64,000 nt of DNA from Octopus sinensis (GCF_006345805.1 NC_043011.1:64492464-64556463); one strand, 5' to 3'; counted from the stretch's first letter, positions 1-13,344 are shown. Notes: a model not told the origin generated them from the letters alone. Program-made: numbers and translations.

Positions 1-134
1 AATTGTCGAAGTATTGTTCAACCAATAAAACCTCTGATACAGTCGCATCGTGACCATCGTATTGTCTACATACGTTTGTATGATTAGTTATGACAAATCT
101 TTTAAAATATATTCATGACATTGATGGCGATGGA

Positions 135-152
135 AATAATTATATTAATAAA

Positions 153-188
<36 letters not shown>

Positions 189-264
189 TATAATACTAAT
201 ACTAATAATAATCAATAATAATAATAACAATAAAAATGATAATAATAATTATAATAATAATAAC

Positions 265-305
<41 letters not shown>

Positions 306-376
306 TATTAATAATAACAATAAAAATAATAATAATAATAATAATAAAAAATAATAATAATAATAATAATAATAAC

Positions 377-417
<41 letters not shown>

Positions 418-424
418 AGAAGAA

Positions 425-455
<31 letters not shown>

Positions 456-630
456 AGAAGAAGAGAAGAAGAAGAAGAAGAAGAAGAAGAAGAAGAAGAA
501 GAAGAAGAAGAAGAAGAAGAAGAAGAGAATAAGAGAGAGAGAAGAAGAAGAAGAAGAAGAAGAAGAAGAAGAAGAAGAAGAAGAAGAAGAAGAAGAGAAG
601 AAGAAGAAGAGAAGAAGAAGAAGAAGAAGA
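135..630. repeat. (AAT)n followed by (AAG)n compound microsatellite
   Basis: Directly visible. Confidence 0.97.
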
Positions 631-1925
631 ACGAAAACTGTTGACAATGCATAGAATGCACCACCCTAAGGCAGATACAGAACGACTTTATCCGCCAAGA
701 AAACAGGGAGGCCGTTGAATTTTACAACTGGCAATAACAATGAAGATTGCTACAATTGGGCTAGACACCTATCTGATAAAGTCTGAGGACTGGATGTTAA
801 AACTTGTCTCAAGACATGAAAACAAGAAAGCATCATACTTAGTAACAAAACAGGCAAATGAATATCTAAGTGAATTCCGAATACAACAAATTCTGAAATT
901 AGAGATTGACATACATGAAACAAGCACAGAAAAAGCTAAGCGCATGAAAACCCGTGCTAAATCTGCGGCCTTAGTTTTTTCTGAATGATAAATGGCAAGA
1001 AAATCCTCTCTATGGCAAATACCCAAAGTGAGCGAATAATACACATGTTGATAAAGCCTTGACCCAGCAGTGGCTAATGGCCTCTGGCTTAAAATCCGAA
1101 ACAGATTTGTTTATCATAGCAGCTCAAGATCAATGCCTACCAACAAGAAACTACCAGGCCAACATATTAAAAATCGGCAGTAGCCCAAAGTGTCGTGTAT
1201 GCCAGCAACAAAATGAAACCATTAAACATGTGGTCTGCATGTGCATTCTTCTAGTGTCTTCAGAGTATCTCAACAGGCATGATAGAGCTGCACAAAATAT
1301 TCACTGGGTAATCTGCAAAAACCTGGATTTGCCCCATGATAAAAACTGGTGGGGACACAAATCACCCCCAGTGCTTGAAAATGACCACATCTCACTCCTT
1401 TTGAACTTCACCATTCAAACTGACAGAAAGATAGATGCAAAGAGGCCAGACATCATATTGAAAGACATCAAACAAAGAACATGCCTCCTCATCGATATGA
1501 CTGTCCCAATCGATATAAACGTATCTGTCAAGACCTACCAAAAACTGAGCAAATATGAAGATCTTGAAATAGAAATAAGAAAAATATGGAACCTAAAGAC
1601 TAGAACAACACCTGTTGTCATAGGTGCCCTGGGAATGATAGCAAAAGGGGCTGATTGCTACCTAACTCAGATACCAGGAAACCCCAAAATGGCAGAAATT
1701 CAAAAGATAGTGCTCATGGGAACTGCTCATATCCTAACCAAAATACATTCTATGTAATCTCAAGGTTTAAAACAAACATTTTTTGTATACATGCACTAGT
1801 ACAACACGAAAAACAACCAAATATGTGGCACACTAGGCATCACAACAACTTGAATTTGCAACCTGTTGTCTCTTGAGGTCTCTGGGTGAGACTTGGAGCC
1901 AACTTGTACAAATACAAAGCGAAAG
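628..1925 (+). mobile_element. R4/Dong-like REL non-LTR retrotransposon, family A, 5'-truncated and decayed
   Basis: ORF 1059-1757 has AAQDQ, CCHC finger (CRVC..H..C), RHD and the REL motif RPD..LID..K. Preceded by (AAT)n(AAG)n and followed by (AAT)n. Confidence 0.9.
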
Positions 1926-1931
1926 CCAAAC

Positions 1932-1993
<62 letters not shown>

Positions 1994-2057
1994 GTAATAA
2001 TAATAATAAAAATAATAATAACAACAATAATAATAATAATATTAATAATAATAATTT

Positions 2058-2710
2058 AGACATGACAGAGTTGGCCAATATCTCCACTGGCTAATAAGTC
2101 GGCATTACAATATCAAAACTGCCGACAAGTGGTATAATCAGCACCCTGAGGCTGTAACTGAAGGAGAAAATGTAACCATTCTGTGGGACTTTCCAGTACA
2201 TACAGACCGAACCATCAAGGCCAATAAACAAGATATTGTTGTGAAAGACCAAAACAATAAAGTTTGCTTATTGATCTACATGAGTATCCCCTGTGATCAT
2301 AATATCTCAGCGAAAGAGTTTGACAAGCTCAGAAAATATAAAGACCTACTCATTGAAATTGAGAAAATGTGGCATCTCAAGGCGGTTACAATACCAGTGA
2401 TCGTAGGAGCACTAGGAATGATCAAGAAGGGAACCGAAAATTATATGAGAATGATCCCTGGCTTACCATCCCTGCAAGAAGTGCAAAAGATTGTCTTAAC
2501 TAGTACATTACACGTATTGAGAAGAGCATTGTCGATGTGGGAACTGTTGCTGCTCATGTATTTCAATTTAACTTTAAAAAATTTAAAAAAAGGAACGAAA
2601 TACTGAGTTTGGTTTAATGGCCTACCAATGTATACTATGAGTTTCTTTGCCCTAGCAGTCGGGAAGACACTCGGCAAGAAATGGAAGCAAATTTGAAAGA
2701 AGAAAAAAAG
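2058..2710 (+). mobile_element. R4/Dong-like REL element, family B, 3' fragment
   Basis: HDRVGQYLHW...KDQNNKVCLLI...KYKDLLIEIEKMWHLK...RRALSM. Flanked by (AAT)n. Confidence 0.88.
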
Positions 2711-2736
2711 CAATAATAATAATAATAATAATAATA

Positions 2737-3960
2737 AGGTGGAATATTTGCGCAGATTGAGTTTGATTCTCAAGTCGAAATGTATTGGATGGAATAAGAC
2801 AGACGCTATCAATACTTGAGCGGTTTCACTCCTTATATATAGAGTAGACATAAACGCATGGAAACAAGAGGAAATAAACAGCCGAGAGAGGAAAGAAATT
2901 TGCTATCTTGATATGGGTCTCTCCACCCAAAATGTGATACACACAGACTGTATTTACCAAGTAAAATTGAGGAAGAGTACTTAATGGGAGCGAGTGCAGC
3001 ATAAAACTCTCAAAGGATGAATGGCAATGTCGAACCTTGCAGAATTTGAAGCTATGTAAAAACAATGCTACAGCGCAGCTATTATTAGAAGGAAGAAGAT
3101 CAGGCTTGTACAGGATGAATGATTGCAAAGATAAAACATTCTTCAAGAAATTGAAAACGAATGAAACTGAAAATATTTCGGTAAGAAAAGGATGCATGAA
3201 CAATTTCATAGAGATGTTGAAGATACGATAGACAGAGAAAAAAGATGGCTTAGTATGGCTTAGTATGGCTATATGTGATTTAAAATCGGAAACAGTGGCT
3301 CTAATTTACGCTGTGTTCGCACTAATATGTGCTGCCGAAGAGCAAGCATCAAGAACAAACTACTTAAAATACAGAATGTACATCACTACAGAAAGGTATA
3401 AGAGCAGAATCTGTAGACAAAACTGGTAAACCGTACGGCATATGATCAGCCAATATACGCCACTAGCCGAGAAGAAATATAAGAGACGCCACGAAAATGT
3501 AGCCAATCCTGTCAATTTGATATTTTGCAACAAGTATGGACATGACAAAGCGAAAGCTTGATTCGACCACAAACCTAAAGGCAACGTCGAAAATATAGAT
3601 GCAAAAATCGTATGGGATTTTATGATTCAATGTGACCATGAGATATAAAATATTAAGACGTAAATAGTCTTAATTGAGAAGGGAAACAATCTATGCTTAT
3701 TAATACATATAGCATGCCCAGCTGATACCAACGTATTCGATAAGGAAGACATAAATGTCGAGAGATATGATAGGTTGGCTTGAGAAGTGAAGCAGTTGTG
3801 GTCGAGGTAGCAGTCGTATCAATAATTGTTGGTGTCCTAGGAAGAGTGAGCAAAAATCGCGAAAATACTCCGGAAGGTGCCCGAAAAATAAGAGGTGTCA
3901 CATTAGTCCACTTGTAGCGAACAGCTGACACTGTAATACATTTCCAATGTTTGAAGTTAT
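2737..3960 (+). mobile_element. R4/Dong-like REL element, family E, heavily decayed 3' fragment
   Basis: Broken frames give SETVALI..AAEEQ..RTNY, RRHENVA, WDFMIQCDHEI and IIVGVLG. Paralog at 45257. Confidence 0.7.
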
Positions 3961-5107
3961 GCAAAGTCTACTGCTACTAAACCTACTACAACGACTAACG
4001 CTACTACTACTATTACTACTACTACAACAACTACTACTACAACTACTACTACTGCTGCTGCTGCTGCTACTACTACTACTACTACTTCTAATATTACTAT
4101 TACTTCTACTACTATTAATACTGATACTAATACTACTATCATTACTACTAATAATAATAAATTATGGATGACAGGATTGGCGGTGGAAAAAGGATAAGTA
4201 AGACCAGGTTTTAGAAAAGATAAGGAACATAAGAGATGCTGTCCAAACAAAAGAATATCTTAAGTGAAAATATGAACAGCATTACCATTGAGGATGGAAC
4301 AATTGTTATTCTGACATTTTTATGTCAGAATAATACACGATATTTTATGAGGAACACTCAGTCATTTAAATATATGTTAGAAATTATGGAAATTACATAT
4401 ATTAGTTGACAACGTAGTAAAAAATTGCTCCTTTAATGAGTTACTGAACACCTGTTGTCCCGGGTTCTTATTTTCTTTTTGAAATATAAATGTTGCACTG
4501 ATATATGATCATTAAACAAGAGCGTGGGGTTGAATGATTCCGTACAAAGTAAGTAGAAGTATTTTCAAAACGTTTCGTTTTTCCATCTCTGATTTTACTT
4601 TTGATCTTGTATGTAAAATAAGGTATTTCTCTCATTCTTCGAAGTGTCCCACCATCGAGGGTATCGATGTTAGATGTGTCAAAACGAGTGTCGTGCATAA
4701 TAATTCAAATTCCCTTATGTTCCACCTTCAGTATTACAGTGTATGTATATATATATATATAAATATATATATATTTATATATATGTTTGTGTGTCTTTGT
4801 GTATGTGTGTGTGTGTTGTGTATATATATATATGTGTGTGAGTGTGTATATACAATATAGAGAGAGAAACTCTATCTCCAATCTGATATCACATATTTTG
4901 TCCGTGCACACTTTCTAATGTATAAGGCTCCTCAGAGAGATGTACCACCTCATTGATAGGCATCATCATCAACATGTCTTTCCTTTGCTTGTTTAGACCA
5001 TAATCATAATGTGAACCATCTGGAATATTTCAATTACGTAGCTTTGCATTACGTCATTAAAGTTGAATGTTACCAATATAAATATGTTTGTATATATGTG
5101 AGTGTGC

Positions 5108-5167
<60 letters not shown>

Positions 5168-5821
5168 AGGTTTATTGATAGAGAGATAGATTGATTGACA
5201 TCTATATATGCTTATATATTAATAAATATACATTCAAATATGTATATATAAATATACGTTTACCAGTGTAAATAACTATCGATCTATGTGCCTCTGTCTC
5301 TCACTCTCAATACATATATAAATATATATATATACACATACATAAGTATGTAGATATGTGTACACACAAATACATATATAATATATGTATTCATGTACGT
5401 GTATATATATTTATTTATTTATATACATTTTATCTATATATACACATACACACACTATCACAGACACAAACACACAATTTTATATAAATATATATATTTA
5501 TACACAAATATATATACAATTATATATAAATGTATATACACAAAGCCTTCGACATAGTAACACTTACGTATACAATTTCAACAGACACAACTCTCATTCC
5601 ATAAACATACGTTTACATGTACATACACATGTACACACGCGCAGAAACGTCTACATGCTTTGATAGTAAAAACATGTATACAGGCATACATACATACATA
5701 CATGCATACATGCATAAATATATGTACACATACGTACATACATGCATGCATACATACATACTTACATACATATTTATATATACATGCATACATACATATG
5801 TGTATACATACCTACATACAT

Positions 5822-6305
5822 GATGGCTGCCCATCGTTATCGAGTATGGCCAGTGCACGAAGCTTAACATTTATTGGTACTGTGATTGAATGTGACTTTT
5901 TTTCCCAGCTAAAATGTCTTGTAAAGAATTGGAAACTAAAACATTTACCGGTAATAGCCGTCTGTACTTGTAACTGGTCTACATCTACCTTTGCTTTTCG
6001 TTTAAGTCCTCCTGCCGAATTACACTCTCTTCGACATGCCCGACAGATATGATTAGTATGGTGCGTAACACCACCACCTGTGGACTTGTTGTCAATCATC
6101 TGTCTCGCTTTATGACTACGAAGATGACTCTTGAGTCCAGCTTTTCTGAGGCAGGGTCTTCCTCAGACACTGCATGTCTGCATCATAGGAAAACCCTTCC
6201 CATCTGGAGGTGTAACAGCGATGCCCTTCCTGACATCCTTCCTTACTTTTGCATGTGCAACTCGAGTTTTCTCAAAAGTGACTATCTCCTTGTGCACAAT
6301 CCTTT
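5822..6305 (-). mobile_element. RTE-clade LINE 3' end with C2H2 zinc-finger remnants
   Basis: RIVHKEIVTFEKTRVAHAKVR.., CSV*GRPCLRKAGLKSHLRSH, HICRACRRECNSAGGLKR, ending AILDNDGQP. Paralog at 48400. Confidence 0.65.
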
Positions 6306-6619
6306 TACATACATATGCGTAAAAACATGTATACACACGTACAAAAATTCTCACGTGCATCGGTAAATGCACACATACATGAGTAGCTGCATGCATTCAT
6401 ATATATGTACGTATGTAAGTACCTATATAAGCACATATATATCATGAACTAAGTTTTATTTTCTCAGATGCAGTACGAAGATTTTCAGTGTAAATGTTTT
6501 GCATTGAAAATGTCTTGACACAGAATTTCAGCTTTGAAGTGAAACGAACTTAGATCAAGTCACTTTCTATGCAAATACATCTCTCCATATTTATATATGA
6601 CCTTGATCACTTTTACCGA

Positions 6620-7600
6620 CCAGTCCGTCAGGCGTCCATTTGGCACCGCTGGTCGCAGCACGCTGCCCACTCCTCTCTAGATCACGCCTTTCTCATCCAC
6701 CTGATCCTAATCATCCTCCTGAAATCGTAACTCCACCGCCGTGAAGGTCTTCCGTTTTGTTTTTACCGCTCGCGCGGGTACCCTTCGACAACTGTGAGGG
6801 CCCACCGATTATCGGTGAGCCGGGCGACGTGTCCAGCAAATCTATAATTGCTGCGTGTATACTCTGCGATGACATCTCTCACGGCGGACGTCTTTCTGAT
6901 GATCTCGCTACTGATGTGCTCTCTCAACGAGATACCAAGCATAGACCTTTCCATGGCTCTTTGATCGGTTACCAGTCACTGCTCTTCTCTCTTTGTTGTA
7001 GCCCATGATTCACAGCCATATAACATTGTACGTTTAACTGTACTGTTGATAAGGTTGGTGCGGGTGGTCCTGTCCAACCTTCCCTTGAACACATCCCTTA
7101 TACCATTAAACGTCTTTCTTCCGGCCCTTATTCTCCGTGAGATCTCCTTTTCGATATCTCAGCACATATTCACTTCTTGTCCCAGGTAGACATATTATTT
7201 TACATCCTCTATTTCATCACTACCGATCACCATTCGACATGTTTGTACGTATTCTGACCGCATGAACTTTGTTTGCATGCGGTTCATCTTGAGACCTACT
7301 GCAGAGCTTTGATGTCGAGCTCCGTCAGCATGGTCTGAAGCTGATCCGTGTTTTCAGCGATGAGTACGATGTCGTCAGCGAAACGGAGATGGGTGAGGAG
7401 CTCTCCATTGATGTTGACACCTCCCTGCCAGTTGATGCCTCTGATGATCTGTTCGATCATCCTTTGCTTCACTCCTTTCTCGACCGGCACTCGTATTGGT
7501 GATGACAGTAGAGCTTTGTCGGTGGTGCATCCAGGATTCGCTTCCATGAGCAGCTGCACATATTGCTCTTCGACTCCTTGCCTCCGCAATGCAGAGGCAT
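6620..7600 (-). mobile_element. RTE-clade LINE reverse transcriptase fragment (decayed)
   Basis: LRRQGVEEQYVQLL, KGVKQ, HLRFADDIVLIA, YVYLGQ, MERSMLGISLREHI, RFAGHVARLTDNRW..YPR. Confidence 0.88.
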
Positions 7601-7604
7601 ATAT

Positions 7605-7795
7605 ATAGGGAGAGTCTACGAAAAAAAAATAAAAGACGAAGACAGGTGGTGTACAAAAAAAATCATATATATTAGTATAACGCTCAGGAATAGAAAAAGT
7701 ATTTAACGTTTCGAGCCTACGCTCTTCTACAGAAAGGGACACAGAGAAAACAAGGAGAGAAAATATTATGTGTTGTGGCTAACAATCAATCATAT
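7605..7795 (-). mobile_element. About 190-bp non-autonomous repeat next to (TA)n with a hammerhead-like motif; copies at 37287 and 50185
   Basis: Three similar copies, each abutting a TA tract. The minus strand reads CTGTAGAA-GAGC-GTAG-GCTC-GAAACG. Confidence 0.6.
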
Positions 7796-7809
7796 GTATT
7801 GTCGTCGAC

Positions 7810-8560
7810 ATGGTGAAGCATTATGAGCGTTGCCTTTCTACAATCTGCACCGTACTCTAGCAGAAACCGGCAATAAATTCTATAACGCCTGCCAAAGTCG
7901 TTAAAACATTTTATATAGAGAGGACATCAATTCATGTAAATATGCAACAGCTATTTATGGTGCGGTTGACGGAGAAGAAGCTCTTAGGAGATACCCTGAA
8001 GGTGTCTCTAATCTTCGAGAACACACGAGCAGCATAGGCTAATTTGCTCCAGCAGATTCCAGGCATTTGTACGGTCGCGACATCATGCGAGTCGTTTGAA
8101 GCTAGTCGGGGATGGTTTTTGAATATTAAAAAGCCAACCGTCATTCACATCCTGGTCATGCATGGTGTGGTAGCGAGAGTGAATATGAAGGTAGCTGAGC
8201 GTTACCTGAAAACGTCTGCCGGAATTAATGCAGCCGACTGATACATCCGCCAGCAAGTCTTTAACTGTGACGAGACATGACATTTTGTAAGAAGATACGC
8301 AGGAGGACTTGTTTAGGAGCAAAGGAGAGGAGGATGCCAGTGCACAAACCCATGAGGCGAAAGCTAACCCATGCAGTATGCACCAATACGGGCGGTGGTG
8401 ACAAGATTAAACCACAGCTCGTTTATCGTAGAGAATAAAACCAAAGCGCATTTAAATCCCATCAGATTCTGAGTCATGTGAAGGGAAATCCCAAGGGGGG
8501 GAGTCATCAGGCTGTTCTTTGTGGAATGAGTGAATTTGGTTTTTCTTTATGTCTATCACT
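7810..8560 (+). mobile_element. Tigger/pogo DNA transposon transposase relic
   Basis: FEASRGWF..KKPTVIH..HG, QQVFNCDET, MPVHKPM, GGDKIKPQLVY, FVE*VNLVF (CENP-B HTH plus DDE_1-like). Paralog at 50395. Confidence 0.8.
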
Positions 8561-10369
8561 CTAAACTCCTGTATATTTTCTATTTTTCCACTTCATTCTT
8601 TGCTCTCATCTGTTTATTTTTCTCCAACACCCTTCTATATTTTGTTCATTCTCCCTTCTCTGCACATTTATTCTATTTTCTTTGGGAAATTCTCCCGGAT
8701 GTCACCCATTACAATTCTTCTTGGCCTAACGTCAGTTAATGATTGCATTCATAATTATTGATAATATGTGTGTTTAATACGCTATATTACCACGTAACGA
8801 AAGAAATATATACGTAACTAAAGTGACGAATGTGTAATGCTAGAAATAGGAATCAAAACAAGTAAATAGCTTCAGGGGCAGAATCTTAACAAACTGACAT
8901 GTGAGTGATGTTCTCGCCACCTTTGTCGTTATACCCAAAATATCGACAGTTTCCCATTTCTATTCTCAATGCAAATTAACGCGAATCGGTGGCTCTTATC
9001 GCACCAAAGTTTAAAACCATCTCAACTTGTTAATTCATAAGATTTTCGCTGAAACAATACGATGATCCCATACACGGTAAATGTGAAAATTTTAAAGAAC
9101 ATTAGGGGCTAATGAATAATTTTGCAACATAATATCAGAAATATATGCATGGTTTTAGTGAACGATGGGCATTTCCTGCACGAGTATCGTTATAAATATA
9201 GGTGATCTCTACTCAATAGTCGCTACAGCACAAACCTAATGCGTTGACAAAGGATTCAATCTCCTCTCATGTCCGCAGGTATAGCTAGATTATCGATTGT
9301 TTCGCAATGTGATGCTTCAAGGACCTTAACGCTCCTCAGTTGTTCTCAGCGATACAAGGTTTAAAAGCATCCGTCTTGTGAGCTTACAAGCTTTCAGGTG
9401 AATTCATGCTCTGATTTCATAAACGTTGGAAGTTAGACGTATGAATAATATTGTAGGCAAATTCAGAAATTTACTACCTTTGCCCTGCAATATATGCGAC
9501 ACTAAACTGAACGAAGTGTACTTATGAGAACAAGCCTAGCTAGAAATAAGTGTCAAATTAAATGAATAGTCGCAGAATCAGTTTCTTATTGGGAAGACAA
9601 GGGAGTCAAGCCCCACCTTTAGTCGTAGATACAGATAATAGATAGTTTAGCATCGTGATGCTTAACACATCATAAAGTACATTGCTGGATCACAATAAAC
9701 CTTGGTTCCAAACTATCTCGCCTTGTCAGCCGTTAAGTTTTCCACTGGCATCATTCACTTATTTTATAAATGGCAAATATGGAAATTATAAATAATTTGG
9801 GAGGCTACATCGCAATTAGCAGAAATGTATACGCTACTAATGAGAACAAAATGCAATAATCACCACCAGTATTGCTAGAAATGATAGTAAAAACAATTGA
9901 ATAGCCACAGTGTCATAATCTTATTAAAGATCACATATACGGCCAGAGATTCGACGATCTCGTATGTTGATGCATGACGCAGCTTACCGCTCATCGGTGA
10001 TTTTGAAACCAACTGGGCTTTTCATCTTAAAAGATTTAACTTGAAAATATACGTGGATTTTATATAGGATAAAAATCAAAATTATAGATAAAATAGGTGG
10101 TTACTTAGTTGTTTCCTAGGTGAAGAAAGAAATAAGTACGTATCCAAACATACCTTACGCTATCATATATACATAGAGTCATCCGTGCATTTAAATATTT
10201 TCGAAAGTTGAACTTTATACGTCTTGCACTTGAACTAATTTTAATGGATACTTACTTTTAATATTTTTACTTTTGGAATTTAAAGTACGTTGCATATATT
10301 ACAATATACTAAAAGTTATATACTTTAGTTAGTGTACTAAACAATGTAAGTATACTATCCATATAGTAT

Positions 10370-10534
10370 AGGCGCAGGAGTGGCAGTGTAGTAAGTAGCT
10401 TGCTTACCAACCACATGGTTGCGTTTCAGTCCCACAGCTTGGAAACTTGGGCAAGTATCTTCTACTATAGCCTCGGGCCGACAAAAGACTTGTGAGTGGA
10501 TTTGGTAGACGGAAACTGAAAGTAGCCCGTCGTA

Positions 10535-10602
<68 letters not shown>

Positions 10603-10830
10603 GTGTATGTTTGTGTGTCTGTGGTTGTCCCACTAGCATTGCTTGACAACCGATGCTGGTGTGTTTATGTCCCCGTTACTTAGCGGTTCGGCAAAATAAA
10701 CCAATAGAATAAATACTGGGATTACACAAAATAAGTCCCGGGGTCGATTTGCTCGACTTAAGACGGTGCTCCAGCATGGCCACAGTCAACTAACTGAAAC
10801 AAGTAAAAGAGTAAAAGAGAGAGAAAGACA
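10370..10830 (+). mobile_element. tRNA-derived SINE with internal (TA)n(TG)n
   Basis: A-box-like GGCAGTGTAGTAAG and B-box-like GTTTCAGTCCC head, with a tail ending GAAACAAGTAAAAGAGTAAAAGAG. Paralog at 52140. Confidence 0.75.
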
Positions 10831-10859
10831 TGAATTTTCCTGTCTAGTTATTCAGATTT

Positions 10860-11900
10860 CCTGATGGTTCTGGGAATTATTTTACTAATCCACTTCCAAA
10901 ACTGTTCCACCCGATTGTTCTTAGTATTTATAAAGGTCTTTATGTAAGTAGCCCTTTCTAATTAAGTGCAACTAAGAAACAATAATATCACGTATGGATA
11001 ACCCTAAAAACTTTTAAAAGCTATGTTATACCTCTTCGTTTATAATTAATAAATAGTTATCATGTCCCATAAAATCAATAATCCTTTAGAGAATGTCATG
11101 TAAAAATCTTTAGACATGCTAACTTAATAAATAAACCGTTTTACAGTTTAAATAATTGAATGTTTATACATTTTATATAAATCTTCTCTTTTGATATTAA
11201 ATAGGTATATATATATTTCATCATGACTTTTGTGATTAAGCTTTTTTATTTCTTTTCAATTGCGTTTTCCCTACCTGAACGTTTTATTATTTTATAAATA
11301 CTACATTTTATGAAATAAATCTAATATTTGGACTCCTAGAAAATCTTACTTCGCCTACATATAACAGTACGGGTATCTTCTCAGCTCATAATAAACTGCT
11401 TAGTTTATACTTTAATTAATATATAGTTAGCATGTTCTTTAGACTTAGTATACCTTTATTAAATACCAGTAATTGCCAATGATCAATCTTCATAGATTCC
11501 ATCTAATAAGTTCAAATTTAAGCATATAAAATAAATAAATATTAAACTATTTCTATGTAACAGTTTTCCACATTCTATTGTGGTAAATTTTGGTACATAC
11601 TAAAAGTTCTTCAAACCTATTATCCTTTTGGTTATAATATTCTTATTAATAATCTTGATAACCCTCAATTTTAAATTTACACAATATAGCAATATAGTTT
11701 TAAGGTATTCAACTATAGTTCCCCATGATAATATTTCCCTTGGTTTTACTAAAGTCTCGCTCATTTAATTGATAACGAAATATTTTCCTTTACCAAATCT
11801 CATTATGTTTCTTCAAAGAAAACTTGACAATTTTATGACTATACCCACTATGATTTCGGTCAACTCCCTCAGCCCTTTTCCTAACAAAAACTGCTCCGTT
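10860..11900 (-). mobile_element. Very degenerate AT-rich relic, possibly Penelope-like reverse transcriptase
   Basis: Broken minus-strand frames (clearer in paralog 52600-53680) resemble RT motifs, e.g. YLFNIKMEDLY and NYKERGI. Many stops. Confidence 0.25.
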
Positions 11901-12761
11901 TTCCTTTGCTTTAGATTTCGATATACAAAGATTTGAATTACAAATCTATAAATTAAAACTGACAACAAAAAACAGTGACAAGATAGATCTCTAACAAGAG
12001 TTTTTTCCTGATAACTTGATAGCTTTTAACACGAAGTGAAGACAGAATGATCTTCGTCGCTCACTTTTCCTTCTTGGGGGTTTTAATTAAAATTATCCTA
12101 ATGTGTCCATCTGTTTTAATTTAATTCAATTCTATGTATTTTTGCAGCTTAGGATTGCTCTGCATTTAAATGGATGTTATGGTTGAATTGTTCAATTAAA
12201 TGGAGTGGCTTCAATCGATTGTACTGCATTATCGCAGGATATCCTGTTGCTAAATTTTGATTTCAATGACCTTATTTGGAAATGTAAGGATAATACCGTA
12301 CTAAACTGTAGAGATGCGACGCACGTTACACCCCAACACCCGAAACTCGGAGTTTTATCTTGGCTACCGAATAAGTGTCACATTTTACAAACACATATAT
12401 ATATAGTGTGTGTATTGATATATGTGTGCTGCGAAAGAAAGGCGTTTCAGGTAGATTGTAATAGATGTATGAAGAGCATTCGATGTTATCCACATCCAAA
12501 AAGTTTCAACGCCAGGGAATACGAAGGCAAAACTAGAATATGTGGATATTTCTATTCAAATATAATGCGCAACAATTTCACTTACTAATATTTAATTACA
12601 AATTATTTAAATAATTCTTTCTGTGCCGATAACATATTAGAAAAATGGTTGCCTTTAATAAACGAGGGAAACATGACACATCAGGTGAGGTTGTATGTAT
12701 CTAAAGTGCTTTAAAATTAAAATCTTAACAGTTGCCATTGTGTTTGACACGAATACCAACG

Positions 12762-12804
12762 ATGAAATATGTTCTACTACTTCTACTTTTAATTCTCCTG
12801 CAAG
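12762..12804 (+). CDS. Coding exon 1 (signal peptide) of a putative small secreted cysteine-rich protein, copy 1
   Basis: ATG AAA TAT GTT CTA CTA CTT CTA CTT TTA ATT CTC CTG CAA G|GTAAGT = MKYVLLLLLLILLQ+G. Perfect donor, phase 1, 43 nt. Hydrophobic signal-peptide core, conserved in the duplicate at 54528 with one synonymous change. Confidence 0.8.
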
Positions 12805-13344
12805 GTAAGTAAAATCCATATCATTTCACTTGATCTCGCAACGAGTGAGGTATCCATTATCTCTTAATACGTATATATGTATACCCGTCTCTCTACATCC
12901 CTCCCCACCTCTCTCCCTCTCTCTCTCTCCATATATATATATATATGTATCACCGTGATCGTCGTGACTGACCAGGATATCGGATGCTTCTATACATCGC
13001 TTATCACCATGTGCTTGGCATTGTTTTGGCTTTCAATGACGCTATCCCGCTGGATAAGAGAGCAGGCCAACAGAAAAAAGAGCGAGAGAACGTCGTGGCG
13101 AAAGAGTACAGGAGGGATATCCACACCATCCTACCGTAGCTGTCTCCGCACGCAGAAGCATACACATACAAACGCATACACACACATGCATACAAACACA
13201 CACACGCACACACACACACACTCACACACACACACACACTTACACACACATATATATAGATAAATTGATTTAACAAATATAAATATATTTGTGTCTATGA
13301 ATATATATGCATGTATGTATGTATATATATATATATTTTGGCGG

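Noticed and set aside
1-130. Window start as the tail of a third tandem gene copy
   Set aside because: No similarity seen to 39361-41230, so a third copy cannot be supported from this window.
115-664. Many long ORFs of poly-N/I/L/E/R/Y (also near 4000, 16500, 21700, 26000, 34100, 37100, 40300, 44200 and 58400)
   Set aside because: They are translations of (AAT)n, (AAG)n, (CTA)n and (TA)n microsatellites, which are stop-free in some frames.
12205-12588. 127-aa ORF just upstream of exon 1, with a paralog at 53973
   Set aside because: Starts at GTG, crosses a TA tract, is frameshifted to 84 aa in copy 2, and has no recognisable motif. More likely promoter/UTR sequence.
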